Positions 20,701 to 32,910 of a stretch of 64,000 bases of DNA are shown here, in pieces. Every line of letters begins with the position of its first letter. Position 1 is the first letter of the stretch. The position numbers and the translations under genes were made by a program. The stretch is from an uncultured Verrucomicrobiae bacterium (GTDB lineage Bacteria; Verrucomicrobiota; Verrucomicrobiia; Limisphaerales; Palsa-1400), in the NCBI GenBank assembly GCA_963764165.1, contig CAVXRD010000002.1, positions 3,520,001 to 3,584,000 of the forward strand, written 5' to 3'. The notes under the pieces are model-generated. The model worked only from the letters and a program-made list of their open reading frames with translations. It had not been told where the DNA came from and did no database searches.

Positions 20701-21439
20701 CATGAAATCGAAGATTTCAAATATCGATGTTGTTAATCGCAATATTGACAGAACGGAGATGACGATCGCTGTTGAATTTCAGTATTCGAAGGATGATGCT
20801 CTTGCAAAAATGGGAGTGGACATCGCGAGTTCCGATGAGCCGTCCGCCTCGGCTTACTTTTCATGTCCGCCGGTTGAACTGGGGAAGGGCAATCGCAACT
20901 TCGTCATGTTCCCCGTCAAGCTGGATGCGGCAGCCGCCCTGGCGCTCAAGCGCCCCACTCTGCCGACGGACAAGGTTTGGGTTTACCTGACCGATGGAAA
21001 TGGCAGCAAGTCCTACATCTCCCAGAGCACGATGATTCTTGTGTGGCACATTCCTGGAGGCGGCGCGGGCGGAGCCGCCGCCGCCCCTGCCCCTGCGGCG
21101 GCGAAAAACAGCGTCGATTTCGACAGCTTCCAGCAGAACGACCTCTTCAGCGGATTCGTCACGATCCGATATAATTTGGTGTCCGGGGACGGCATGAAGC
21201 TGCATTTGAATGTATATGATTCCGCCAAACCGGAGTCGGGAAGCTGGTTCAACAGCGACGACGTCGAAATCAAGAGCGGGCCCGGCCTTCAATTGATCAA
21301 GATAAACGTGCCCAAGGAAGCCAAGTCCCCAGACGTTTTCACCGCCGATACAGTCGAAATACAAATGCTGGACGCCAAGGGGAACGTTTCCGCGAGCATC
21401 AAAAAGCAAACTTCGATGAATTGGGCGAAACCGAAGTGA
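17735..21439 (+). CDS. Secreted protein with a ~790-aa A/E/K/R helical repeat (TolA-like composition) between homologous globular domains
   Basis: Signal peptide; repeats such as AKAREEARLKAEAEEKAR across ~18265-20645; globular N- and C-terminal regions. Confidence 0.85.
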   Translation: MNQLKRCFSALLLLAFALPLRAQPILIQPGINQGFGGNSFTALRVGKQTADGTETVITVEYNYDGITGPTARILPIMVDTKQPKVSSWFGTDPVIISQGHGTISFRVKYFNDDPGVPPEATTDHIRLLMMTDPGNSRVGQGLFAKKIKWGSDKTPAAKAAAPPSQPLVVETPQNTASDKAREEAEAQAREQARLKAEAEAQAKREAEAKAKEEARLRAEAQEKARLEAEALRLAEAQAKAEAEMKAREEARLKALAEEKAQQEAEAKRIAEQKAKAEAEARRLADEKAQADAEAKAREAARVKAEAEEKAREEAEAKRLAAEQARIEAEAKAREEARLKAEAIEQARQQAEAKRIAEQKAQEEAEAKSREEARLKAEAEAKAQEQARLKAEADAKAREEARLKAEAEERARQQALAQKLADEKAKAEAEAKAREEIRLKAEADAKAREQARLKAEAEEKARAEAEAKRLAAEKAKAEADAKAREEARLKAVAEEKAREEARLKAEAEAKAQEEARLKAEAEEKARSEAEAKRLAAEKAKAEAEAKAREAARLKAEAEEKAREEAEARRVADEKAKAEEKARQEAVAKVLAEQKAKAEAEAKAREEERLKAEAAEKARAEAEAKRLADAKAKADAEAKLREEARLKAEADAKAREEARLKAEADAAAREQARLKAEAEEKARQEEVAKRLAAEKAKAEADAKAREEARLKAEAEAKAREEARLKAEAEEKARVEAETKRLAAEKARAEAEAKAREEARLKAEAEAKAREEARLKAEAEKRAREEAEAKRLAGEKAKADADAKAREEARLKAIAEEKARQEAQARKLAEEKAKAEAEAKLREEARLKAAAEEKARQEEAAKRLAAQQAEAKRLADEQARLEAEAKARAEARAKTEAEEKARAEAEATRIAEQKAKAEAEAKRLAEEKAKAEAEARRAAGEKAKAEAEAARLAEEKAKAEAAAKKLAEEKAKAAAPAPAAAASAKAFALAPNMKSKISNIDVVNRNIDRTEMTIAVEFQYSKDDALAKMGVDIASSDEPSASAYFSCPPVELGKGNRNFVMFPVKLDAAAALALKRPTLPTDKVWVYLTDGNGSKSYISQSTMILVWHIPGGGAGGAAAAPAPAAAKNSVDFDSFQQNDLFSGFVTIRYNLVSGDGMKLHLNVYDSAKPESGSWFNSDDVEIKSGPGLQLIKINVPKEAKSPDVFTADTVEIQMLDAKGNVSASIKKQTSMNWAKPK

Positions 21440-21469
21440 CCGAGAGAAGCAGGCTGGCGCCAAAGCCGG

Positions 21470-21564
21470 CCCATAACCCCCATTATTCCCATCGTTCCCA
21501 TTTTCACGGGAATAATGTGACCGATGAGAATAATGGGACGGCTCGGCGGAAGCCTCGCCTTGCC
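21470..21564. repeat. Inverted blocks of 9-bp tandem repeats followed by a REP-like palindrome
   Basis: CCCATAACC CCCATTATT CCCATCGTT CCCATTTTC, then GGGAATAAT GTGACCGAT GAGAATAAT GGGAC, then GGCTCGGCGGAAGCCTCGCCTTGCC. Confidence 0.75.
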
Positions 21565-21588
21565 GAAAAAATGCTGAGATATGAGCGC

Positions 21589-22026
21589 CTACGGCGCGCC
21601 GGCGGATTTTACCGAGCCATTGACCGACATTATATGAGCGGCTTTGGCGGCATCGCGCACCTTGACCACGCGGCCCCACGGGGCGTCCGTGTCCGCGTTT
21701 ATCGTCAATACCAATTTTGGATTCCTTGATTCCTCCTGCTTTAGCAATTCCTCCAGCCGCTCGTAAGGCACCGCCGTGCTGGCGCCTCCGTTCGTGGCGC
21801 TTTGGAAATACAGGACGCCCCGCTTGTCAATGCTCACAATGGCGGTCCGCTCCTGCGTGGCGCCTTGCTTTTCTTCGGAAGATTCCGGCAGCGCGAGCTT
21901 CAGGGCGGCTTGCTGCTTGAAAGTCGTCGTGACCATCAGAAAAATCAGCACGACAATCAGCACGTCGATCAGCGAAACGATGATGACGGCCGGAGTCCCG
22001 CGGCGGCGGTTTCGGTTGAATTGCAT
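21589..22026 (-). CDS. exbD: ExbD/TolR biopolymer transport protein
   Basis: SLIDVLIVVLIFLMVTTTF, LALPES, INAD..WGRVVKV. Confidence 0.9.
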   Translation of the reverse strand: MQFNRNRRRGTPAVIIVSLIDVLIVVLIFLMVTTTFKQQAALKLALPESSEEKQGATQERTAIVSIDKRGVLYFQSATNGGASTAVPYERLEELLKQEESRNPKLVLTINADTDAPWGRVVKVRDAAKAAHIMSVNGSVKSAGAP

Positions 22027-22029
22027 CGC

Positions 22030-22668
22030 TTAAGATTCGCGCCTGGCGGCGGCGGTCGCTGTTGAAGCCGGATCAACCTGATGATAAAGCAGGCCGAGGA
22101 ACTCGTCGCAGAGCGACGCCATTTCCACCGCCATCGTGTCGACTTTCTTGTTGTAAAAACTCCACGCGATGAGCGACGGGATGGCAGCCAGCAATCCGAG
22201 AAACGTCGCGCGCAGCGCCAGCGCGATGCCGCGGGCCATGGCGCCGCTGTCACCCAGGCCGCTGGGCCCGACATCGGCAAAGAGCGTGATCAAGCCGTAG
22301 ACGGTGCCAAGCAAGCCAAGCAGCGGAGAAATTCCGACCACGATTTCCAGGATCACGAGACCGGATTCGAGCCGGGAGATTTCCTTTCGCGCAGCGGTTT
22401 CAAGCCCGCTGGAGTTTTCCGCGCGCGTGTAAAAACGGTGCTTTTCCGCGAGCAGCAGCAGCCTTCCCAGCGGCGAGGCGTGGTCCGCGCAAGTCCGCCG
22501 CAGCATCGGCAAATCCCCCTCGTTCCGAAAAGCCGAGAGCGCCGAAAGAATTTCCGGCGGCATGACTTTCGACGTTCGCAGGGCCAGCCCGCGTTCAATG
22601 ATAAAGGCCAGCCCCACCACGGAAGCCGCCATCAGCACGGCAAGAAAGAACAATGAATCAAGGCTCAT
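22030..22668 (-). CDS. exbB: ExbB/TolQ proton channel protein
   Basis: SPLLGLLGTVYGLI, GIALALRATFLGLLAAIPS; ATG 22668 overlaps the upstream gene end. Confidence 0.9.
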   Translation of the reverse strand: MSLDSLFFLAVLMAASVVGLAFIIERGLALRTSKVMPPEILSALSAFRNEGDLPMLRRTCADHASPLGRLLLLAEKHRFYTRAENSSGLETAARKEISRLESGLVILEIVVGISPLLGLLGTVYGLITLFADVGPSGLGDSGAMARGIALALRATFLGLLAAIPSLIAWSFYNKKVDTMAVEMASLCDEFLGLLYHQVDPASTATAAARRES

Positions 22669-23698
22669 AGTAAAACGTAAAGGTGATGTCGTAATGATCA
22701 TCCGCCACTTCCGCCCGCATTGCCGGCGTCCATTTTTCGAATGGCGCGGGTTTCGCAATGGCGCGCTCGCAGGCAATCTCGAGTGTTTGGGTCACTTCGC
22801 TTTTCACCAGACTCATGTTCTTGACACTGCCGTCCGGCATCAATCGAAAATGCAAAACCACCCGCCCGGTCACGTCGGCAGACTCATTCTGGAGAAGGTC
22901 GTACCAGCAACTCTGAACGGCGTCCACAAACTTCTCCATATACCTGCCCATTTCGGTGCCCAGGGCGTCGACGGAAACGCCTGGGGTGATATGATTGACA
23001 CCGCCTTCGTTGCGGGAACGCTGGCCCGGCGTGCCGCGTTCGGCCAGGGCTTCGGAGATGGTGCGCGGGCGCCGCGGCTTGGGGGGCGGGGCTTCTGGCT
23101 TTTTCTGTTCCGCCGATTGCGCCTTGCCGGGCTGAGTTTTGCCGTTGGAAGGCTCATCGGATGTATTGCCGCGCGGAATGGCTTTGGGCGGTGTGTTCTC
23201 TGTCGCAGTCGAAGGCGCTGGCTCGCTCGGCGGGACAGGCGGTGGCTCGGGGGTCTTCTGCTGAGGCTGGCGGTGCCCGCTGGGAGTGATCTTCAGGTAA
23301 CGATCCTGGTTCCCGTCGATTTGGGGCATCTGCGAGTCGGTTTTGGGATCCGGATTGCCGGCCACCGTGTTTTCCGCGGCCATAAACTTCGGTTTTGGGG
23401 GAGGCGCGGGAGTTGCCGTGTCGGGGTCAATTTCGACAAAGGCAAGGGTGGTTTGCGAGGATGAATCTTGGGGCGGTTTTGGTGGGACAGGAGCCACCGG
23501 AACCAGGGGTTTGACAATGGCTTGCAGCCACCGCGGGACCGCCAATTCCCGCCACCAGCCCTGCTTCTGCCCGATTTTCCAGGTTGAATAGCCGAGCACG
23601 TGCAGCAACAGCGAAATGACCAGAGCCAAAACGCGAAATTTGGCCTGGGTGCTGGATTGCTTGGAGCCCGAAACTGTCACGTTAGGAGAATGGCCCAA
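22658..23698 (-). CDS. TonB/TolA-type energy transducer
   Basis: Transmembrane SLLLH motif, Pro-rich linker, C-terminal GRVVLHFRLMPDGSV..APF domain; start may be 23680. Confidence 0.8.
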   Translation of the reverse strand: MGHSPNVTVSGSKQSSTQAKFRVLALVISLLLHVLGYSTWKIGQKQGWWRELAVPRWLQAIVKPLVPVAPVPPKPPQDSSSQTTLAFVEIDPDTATPAPPPKPKFMAAENTVAGNPDPKTDSQMPQIDGNQDRYLKITPSGHRQPQQKTPEPPPVPPSEPAPSTATENTPPKAIPRGNTSDEPSNGKTQPGKAQSAEQKKPEAPPPKPRRPRTISEALAERGTPGQRSRNEGGVNHITPGVSVDALGTEMGRYMEKFVDAVQSCWYDLLQNESADVTGRVVLHFRLMPDGSVKNMSLVKSEVTQTLEIACERAIAKPAPFEKWTPAMRAEVADDHYDITFTFYYEP

Positions 23699-23757
23699 AA
23701 CCTGCCGAAAACAACTGGAAAGCCGCGCCGATGTTTTTCAGGGTGCGAACAAAAGAA

Positions 23758-23793
23758 GACCTATCCGACCTATTTGTCCTATAAGACATATCC
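23758..23793. repeat. 9-bp periodic tandem repeat
   Basis: GACCTATCC GACCTATTT GTCCTATAA GACATATCC. Confidence 0.6.
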
Positions 23794-23927
23794 ATCCCGC
23801 ACGCAATATTGACGATCGTACCCCGTAAAGAGTTTGAAGGCAGGAAAGGGCCGAGAATTAGGAAACAGGCCGGAAACTGCCAGAACAAAGTCGAGTAGCT
23901 AAATATAAGTTTAACAAGAGGTTCCAT

Positions 23928-24173
23928 ATGAAAACATTGATCAAAACAGCGTGTGTGGCAGCGGCAGCCCTGGCATTAACAGCGTTCACCGCTCCCAAAG
24001 CCGAAGCAGCGATCGTGACGATCTGCCCGCCAGTTGTGAGGGTCGGAAGGCCCATTGTGGCGGCCCCGGCGCCGGTTTTCGCCCCCCGAGTGGTTTGCGC
24101 TCCGTTGTATCCGGTGGTCCGGTTTGGCTGGGACCGGCATTTCGATCACGGCTATTACTTCCATCGCCGTTGA
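23928..24173 (+). CDS. Small secreted Pro/Val-rich protein
   Basis: GAGG upstream; signal peptide ending AEA; aromatic/His-rich tail. Confidence 0.7.
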   Translation: MKTLIKTACVAAAALALTAFTAPKAEAAIVTICPPVVRVGRPIVAAPAPVFAPRVVCAPLYPVVRFGWDRHFDHGYYFHRR

Positions 24174-24203
24174 TTAGGCAAAGTTGAAACAAACAGCGTG
24201 ACT

Positions 24204-24229
24204 GAGCCGCGGACGAGTTCCCGCGGCTC
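24204..24229. terminator. Hairpin between convergent genes
   Basis: GAGCCGCGG-N8-CCGCGGCTC. Confidence 0.6.
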
Positions 24230-24251
24230 TCCGTTTTCGGGCCGGCGCCGG

Positions 24252-25814
24252 TTACGAGGGCCTGGGGGTGAAGACCGGCGCTCGCGTCTCGATCGTTGAG
24301 GGCGGTTTCAGCAGATACGTCAACGCTTTGACCGCCAGTTCCATCATCACGAACGGTTTGGCGATCAAGTCATTGCCGCCGGAGAGCGAGGATTGGGCGC
24401 GGACTTCAAACTTTGTCAGGCTGGTGACGAATATCACAGGAGTATTCTTGTTGGTCGCCATCTTTCGCAATTCGGCGCAAAGCTCGAATCCGTTGACGCC
24501 AGGCATTTCGGCATCGAGAAAGACCAGGTCAAATGGGTTCTCTTTGAGGATCGTCAATGCTATTTTGGAATCCTCAATGGCAATGCAGCGAAGGTCGGCC
24601 TTGCTGAGCGCGATGGAAACGGTGCGGCGGGAAATCGGCTCATCATCCACCACCAGGATCAGGCGCGAGGAGGGAATCTCCTGGGGAATCTGGCTTAAAT
24701 CGCGGAACAGCACATTCATGCAATCCATGGCGTGGGCGATGGTGCGCAGCACGGAAGCCGTCATTTGGGCCGGCTTTTTGCGAAGGTCCTTGATCAGCGC
24801 GTCGAGCGCGCCGGACAGGTGCGAAACCCGCGTGAAACCCGTGATTCCCGACATGCTGGCCAGCGAGGACACCGTGCCTTCCAAATCCTGCAGCAATCGA
24901 ATCTGGTCCTGCGTGCTCTTGCTGCGAATCAATGCGCCTGTCCGCTCGCGCAATTCCGCATGGATCTGCGGGACGCGCTTGAGAAAATCCTGGCGAATTT
25001 CCATCCGAAAATCGGGTCCGGAGACGGACGGCTCAGCGGACGGAGTCGGTTGCACCATTGGCGCAGGAGGTGGCGGCGGCTCACTTTCAGGCGCAGGCGT
25101 AAAGGACGGGGGAACTGGTTTTCCAAAGAAAGTCGGCCCCGAGCGAGGCAACCCGGACGCGGGAGCCGTTCCTTCCTTCTGCGCCGCAAAGATCGGGCGC
25201 GTCGGCGTTCCGCCCGTGGCGCGCGATGGCGGCAGATTCAGATCAACCTTTAACTTCGGCTCAGGTGTAGCCTGGTCCTCCGGCCAAGGCGGCGGCTGCT
25301 CATTGGGCGGCGGCTTGATGATCGGGATGGACGTTTTCGAGGGCGGCAGGTCAAGTTTCACTCGCAGGCGGATCGAAGTATCTGAGCCTGCCGACTCTTC
25401 TGTGGGGAGTGGAATTCTGCCAACGCCCCCGATATTATCCGAGTTTTCGCCGCCAAGGAGCTGCTCGACCAATTCCAACGCAAGATTCGGCGTGCAATCC
25501 ATCTTGGAAACGCACTTTGAGGCGCCTGCCTTCCATGCCTCTTTCGCCAAATCCGGCCGATAAAAGCTGGACAATACGAGAATGGGGATCTTGCTGAACT
25601 CCGGCCATGAACGAATTTGCCGGATAACTTCGACGCCACCCATGCCCGGCATCATGATGTCGACTTGGATGACGTCGGGGCGGAATTCCGGCATCAATTT
25701 CAGGGCGGCGGCCCCCTCCTCCGCCGTTTCGACCTTGTAACCGGACATCTCGAACTTGCGGCGGTAGATGGATCGAACGATTAGTTCGTCCTCAATGATC
25801 AAAATTTTTCTCAT
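24252..25814 (-). CDS. Response regulator: REC, Pro-rich linker, Hpt-like domain, REC
   Basis: MRKILIIEDE..VDIMMPGMGG and ILVVDDE..LDAEMPGVNG..IAKPF; ATG 25814. Confidence 0.88.
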   Translation of the reverse strand: MRKILIIEDELIVRSIYRRKFEMSGYKVETAEEGAAALKLMPEFRPDVIQVDIMMPGMGGVEVIRQIRSWPEFSKIPILVLSSFYRPDLAKEAWKAGASKCVSKMDCTPNLALELVEQLLGGENSDNIGGVGRIPLPTEESAGSDTSIRLRVKLDLPPSKTSIPIIKPPPNEQPPPWPEDQATPEPKLKVDLNLPPSRATGGTPTRPIFAAQKEGTAPASGLPRSGPTFFGKPVPPSFTPAPESEPPPPPAPMVQPTPSAEPSVSGPDFRMEIRQDFLKRVPQIHAELRERTGALIRSKSTQDQIRLLQDLEGTVSSLASMSGITGFTRVSHLSGALDALIKDLRKKPAQMTASVLRTIAHAMDCMNVLFRDLSQIPQEIPSSRLILVVDDEPISRRTVSIALSKADLRCIAIEDSKIALTILKENPFDLVFLDAEMPGVNGFELCAELRKMATNKNTPVIFVTSLTKFEVRAQSSLSGGNDLIAKPFVMMELAVKALTYLLKPPSTIETRAPVFTPRPS

Positions 25815-25827
25815 TCTTAAGAAACCG

Positions 25828-26204
25828 CTACACCGCGTGCTCGCGGACGTAAGAATCCATGTATTGCCGGACGGCTTCCAACTGAATCTCGACCTCGGCG
25901 AATGCTTCCGGCGCGCCGATGAGGTTTCCAGCCTTGGCGTTGCGCTCCATGAGGCGAAGTGGCGGCACCAATGCGGACATGCCACACGTAAGACTGGAGC
26001 CGGCGAGTTTATGGGAAAGATGGTCGACTTCCGCCACGTCACTTTCCGTTATCGCTTTTCCCAATCCAGCCATGATTTCGTCGGCCTGCCTGAAGTAAAG
26101 CTTCATCAGCTCCTGCAGTAACCCGATGTCGCCATCGGAGGCGGATTGAAGTTGTTCAAGGTCCACCAACGGGCCGGCCCCTTCGCTGTTTGGTTGTGAA
26201 TTGT

Positions 26205-26208
<4 letters not shown>
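25828..26208 (-). CDS. Stand-alone Hpt protein
   Basis: SHKLAGSSLTCG motif; GTG start overlaps the kinase stop. Confidence 0.88.
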
Positions 26209-29297
<3,089 letters not shown>

Positions 29298-29777
29298 GAT
29301 TTACTTGACCGTTTATAGCAGGTCATGTTCCGTATGCAATTCATTAATCGTGTATTGGCTATGCAGCATACGCCAGCAATTCATCGGCAGAAACGCCCGA
29401 AGGGTAAAGCAAAACCATCCCGGCACGGGACCCGATTTTTCGTAAATCTCGCGATAATTGCCTGAAATCAGAAACGGAGGATTCAGAAAACAGATGCGAG
29501 GACCTGACGGATCCGGCAGCTTTTGCCCCTGTGCAACAGGCCGTCCGAAAATCGAAAAACCGTTCGCATCCATCCTCCGGCGGCCAGGGCAGACGCATCT
29601 TGCTTGTTGGAATCTATTGAGAACGCCCCCCAACGAAGTTCGCGCATTGAACGATTAAGGCGAGGCTCCGGCCCGCGCCATGCCTTGTGCTTTCCTAAGA
29701 GCTCATGAGGAGGCATTATCTGCTGCGGCTGCTCTAACGGCTTGACTCCGCACGGCTTCTTCGGGGCAGAATGACGC

Positions 29778-31295
29778 ATGAAACGTCACTGCACTTTTGC
29801 CGCCGCGTTGTGGGTTGCGGCGGCTTTTGTTTCGCTTCAACCTCTTTCGCTTCGCGCGGATTCAGGGCTTCGATTGCCCAAAATATTTTCCGATAATATG
29901 GTTCTCCAGCAGGGCCAATCTGTCCCTATCTGGGGTTGGGGCGAGGAGGGTTCAACCGTCACCGTTCAAATTCAAGGGCAGACGGCTTCCACTGTCGTGA
30001 AAGACGGGAAATGGATGGTGCGTTTGCACGATCTTAAGCCTGGCGGCCCGGACAAGCTGGTTGTCTCGGGACGCGGGCGCGTGGAGTTCAAGAATGTCCT
30101 GGTCGGCGAGGTTTGGCTGGCTGGCGGGCAATCCAATATGGAATTTCCCCTCAAGCGCTCGTTCGAGGCGTCCAATGACGTGGCTGCGGCGGCCAATTCG
30201 ATGATCCGCCTGATCAAGGTGCCGCACACGCGGCTTGACGCGCCCACCAATGACATCAATGCCAGTTGGAGTGTGGCCAGTCCCGAGACGGCAGGGGGCA
30301 TCTCGGCGGTGGGATATTATTGCGCGCGCGAACTGCAGGCCAAGCTGCACGTGCCGGTCGGGTTGATTGAATCCGATTGGGGTGGCACGCCCGCCGAAGC
30401 CTGGATGGACGAAACCTTTCTCCGCTCCAAGCCGGATTATAGCATCGGCTTGATCATGGCGTGGCCGCTGAGTGAACAGAGATACGAATCAAGCCTCGCG
30501 AAATTCGAAAAGGAGAAGCAGGCCGCAAAGGACAGCAACACGGAATTCAAAAAGCGCGCCCCCAGCAAACCGTGGAAACCGGCCGAACTTTACAACGGCA
30601 TGATCGCGCCGCTGGCCCCTTACGCGATTCGCGGCGCGCTGTGGTACCAGGGCGAAGCCAACGCCGGGAGCCTTGATCAAGCCGCCGAGTATCACAAGCT
30701 GTTCCCTGACTTGATTCGCGACTGGCGGCAGCGCTGGGACGAAGGTGAATTTCCGTTTCTTCTCGTGCAACTGGCTCCCTTCATGAGCATCAGCCATGAA
30801 CCGCAAGCCAGCGCATGGGCCTCCGTGCGCGAGGCGCAACTGCAGGCAACCGAAAAACTTCACAACGTCGGCATGGCGGTCATCACCGATGTTGGCGAGG
30901 AGCAGGACATTCATCCGACAAAGAAGCAGCCCGTCGGCCATCGCCTAGCGCTGGCGGCGGAGGCAATTGCCTATCACGAACCTGTTGAATATTCCGGCCC
31001 TGTTTTCAAAAGCGTGAAATTCAAGGGATTCGAGGCCATTTTGTCGTTCGATCATGTGGGCGGAGGCCTGGTGGCCAAAGGCGGAGAATTAACCGGCTTT
31101 TCCATCGCCGGCCCCGATCACAAATTCGTCTGGGCCATCGCGGAAATTCACGGTGACAAAGTGGTGGTGCACAGCCGGCTCATCAGCGACCCCGTGGCAG
31201 TCCGTTACGGCTGGGCGAATTATCCCGTCGTCAACTTGTGGAACAAGGCGGGGCTTCCGGCCTCGCCATTCCGCACGGATGATTTTGAGAAATAG
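29778..31295 (+). CDS. Second SGNH acetylesterase (SASA type), without the inserted domain
   Basis: FSDNMVLQ, GEVWLAGGQSNM, WYQGEAN, DIHP, PFRTD. Confidence 0.88.
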   Translation: MKRHCTFAAALWVAAAFVSLQPLSLRADSGLRLPKIFSDNMVLQQGQSVPIWGWGEEGSTVTVQIQGQTASTVVKDGKWMVRLHDLKPGGPDKLVVSGRGRVEFKNVLVGEVWLAGGQSNMEFPLKRSFEASNDVAAAANSMIRLIKVPHTRLDAPTNDINASWSVASPETAGGISAVGYYCARELQAKLHVPVGLIESDWGGTPAEAWMDETFLRSKPDYSIGLIMAWPLSEQRYESSLAKFEKEKQAAKDSNTEFKKRAPSKPWKPAELYNGMIAPLAPYAIRGALWYQGEANAGSLDQAAEYHKLFPDLIRDWRQRWDEGEFPFLLVQLAPFMSISHEPQASAWASVREAQLQATEKLHNVGMAVITDVGEEQDIHPTKKQPVGHRLALAAEAIAYHEPVEYSGPVFKSVKFKGFEAILSFDHVGGGLVAKGGELTGFSIAGPDHKFVWAIAEIHGDKVVVHSRLISDPVAVRYGWANYPVVNLWNKAGLPASPFRTDDFEK

Positions 31296-31434
31296 CCGCC
31301 AAGAAGGTGAAGGGATTTCACCCCTTCGCCACAAATCGACCGCGATCGCTCTACGGAATCGGCAGGATCGCTTCGGCACGGCGACCGGGAGAGGCGGGTT
31401 AAACTCGCCGGCAGGCTGAATTTATCACAAGCTG

Positions 31435-31461
31435 CCGGACACCCTGCGAGGCGTCCCTGCC
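31435..31461. repeat. Degenerate single copy of the REP seen at 4926-4953
   Basis: CCGGACACCCTGCGAGGCGTCCCTGCC versus CCGGACGCCTCGGCGAGGCGTCCCTACC. Confidence 0.6.
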
Positions 31462-31468
31462 TTCCCAA

Positions 31469-31840
31469 TCAACGCCAGCGGCCGGGCACCCAATGGCGGT
31501 GGCGATCCCAATATCCGCCTACCCAAACCGCGCCATGCCAGGGTCGATGATCCCAGCGGCCCGGGAACCATACCCATGCCCCACCGCGCCAACCCCAATA
31601 TCCACCCACCCAATAGAACTCAGGCCCTGGCGATGCTACGACCACCTCGGTTTGAGTCGCAGGCATGGGAGGAGCCGAAGGTGGGACCACCGTTTCAGCG
31701 GGGGGCGGGGGAGGAGTTGTCACCGGGGCGCTCGCGGGTGGCGGAGGAGGCACGTAGGCCGGCTGCGGCGAGGCGCATCCGACGATTGTCATGCCTGCCG
31801 CTACGGCAAGCACCGGTAGTATCAAAATTTGTTTCTTCAT
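31469..31840 (-). CDS. YXWGXW/WXXGXW-repeat lipoprotein
   Basis: Lipobox IVGC, Pro-rich linker, YWVGGYW/WVWFPGRW/WVGGYW/WVPGRW. Confidence 0.85.
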   Translation of the reverse strand: MKKQILILPVLAVAAGMTIVGCASPQPAYVPPPPPASAPVTTPPPPPAETVVPPSAPPMPATQTEVVVASPGPEFYWVGGYWGWRGGAWVWFPGRWDHRPWHGAVWVGGYWDRHRHWVPGRWR

Positions 31841-31913
31841 GTCCGTTTTCCTTTCCAATCTTTAATACGGGACGAATTGCCACACCTTGCATATTCAAAA
31901 CTTTAGGGGAAGA

Positions 31914-31942
31914 ATGGGACTTATGGGACCTATAGGGCCTAT
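31914..31942. repeat. 9-bp periodic tandem repeat
   Basis: ATGGGACTT ATGGGACCT ATAGGGCCT AT. Confidence 0.65.
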
Positions 31943-32910
31943 CAATTCCGAAGAAAAATCTGGCGGGTCTCTTCAGTCGCGTTGGTGAGGTCTAGAAGAA
32001 GTTTTCCCCAATCCACTTTCAAACCGGTGGCAGCAGTCGCCGGATCCTGCGTAGCTCCTTCCAACGCCCGCAGTTCCACCAATTTTTGCGAGACCTTTGG
32101 ATCGCACAAAAAGGCGAACAGCTTTTGCGCCGCCTCCGGATGCGGACAGTTTCGGATGACGCCGACGGTATTGGGTACAAATAGCGTTTCCTTGGTGGTC
32201 GCCAGCGGCGCAACCGGGAATCCTTCGCGCTGCGCGCCGGCGATGTCATCGGAATCCGTAAACCCAAACAGCGCCTCGCCGCGGGAAACCTGTTTCACGA
32301 CCATCGAATTTCCCTCGAGCACGAACGGTTTGTTGGACTGCAATGCGCGGCACCAATTCTGCCACGCTTCGTCGCCCCAAAGCTGGCGCAGCGCCTGAAA
32401 ATGAGTGGCTGTTGTGCCAAACAGCGGATACGCCACCGCCACTTTGCCCTGCCAGATGGGATTGGTGGCATCGCTGAACGAGCGCGGAGCCTTCGCGAGT
32501 GGAAGCAGATTGGTATTGATAACAATGCGGCGGGAGCGATAGCCAAGGTGCGCCCAGCCGTTCGTCTCCCGGAACACTCCGTGCGCGGCGAGCTGGCGGG
32601 TGCGGAATTCCTCATTGTTCCAGAAGACGTCGCACTGCGGATTTCCCTGCTCTGTCAATAATCGGTTGACCAGTCCGACCGTCTTGACAGCTTCGCTGTC
32701 ATAAACCGGCTTGACCTCGATGCCGGTTTCTTTCTCAAAATCGCGCAGGATTGGCTCGGCAAAGACTTCGTCCTGGGACGTGTAGATGATGACGACCGCA
32801 TTCTGCTTTTTTTGACAGCCACCCGAGAACACGAGCGCGGCCATCAAAACGCACACGAGTTTCACGACAGCGCGTGGGCGAAAGGGCGGAATCGCTGGCA
32901 ATTGCATCAC
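31942..32910 (-). CDS. ABC transporter solute-binding lipoprotein (Fe3+/AfuA-like)
   Basis: Lipobox SGGC, IYTSQDEVFAEPIL..FEKETGI, DVFWNNE, TDSDD. Confidence 0.85.
   Translation of the reverse strand: MMQLPAIPPFRPRAVVKLVCVLMAALVFSGGCQKKQNAVVIIYTSQDEVFAEPILRDFEKETGIEVKPVYDSEAVKTVGLVNRLLTEQGNPQCDVFWNNEEFRTRQLAAHGVFRETNGWAHLGYRSRRIVINTNLLPLAKAPRSFSDATNPIWQGKVAVAYPLFGTTATHFQALRQLWGDEAWQNWCRALQSNKPFVLEGNSMVVKQVSRGEALFGFTDSDDIAGAQREGFPVAPLATTKETLFVPNTVGVIRNCPHPEAAQKLFAFLCDPKVSQKLVELRALEGATQDPATAATGLKVDWGKLLLDLTNATEETRQIFLRN

Noticed and set aside
18250..20742. Long antisense ORFs rich in A/S/R or G/F/L
   Set aside because: Shadows of the low-complexity helical repeat gene
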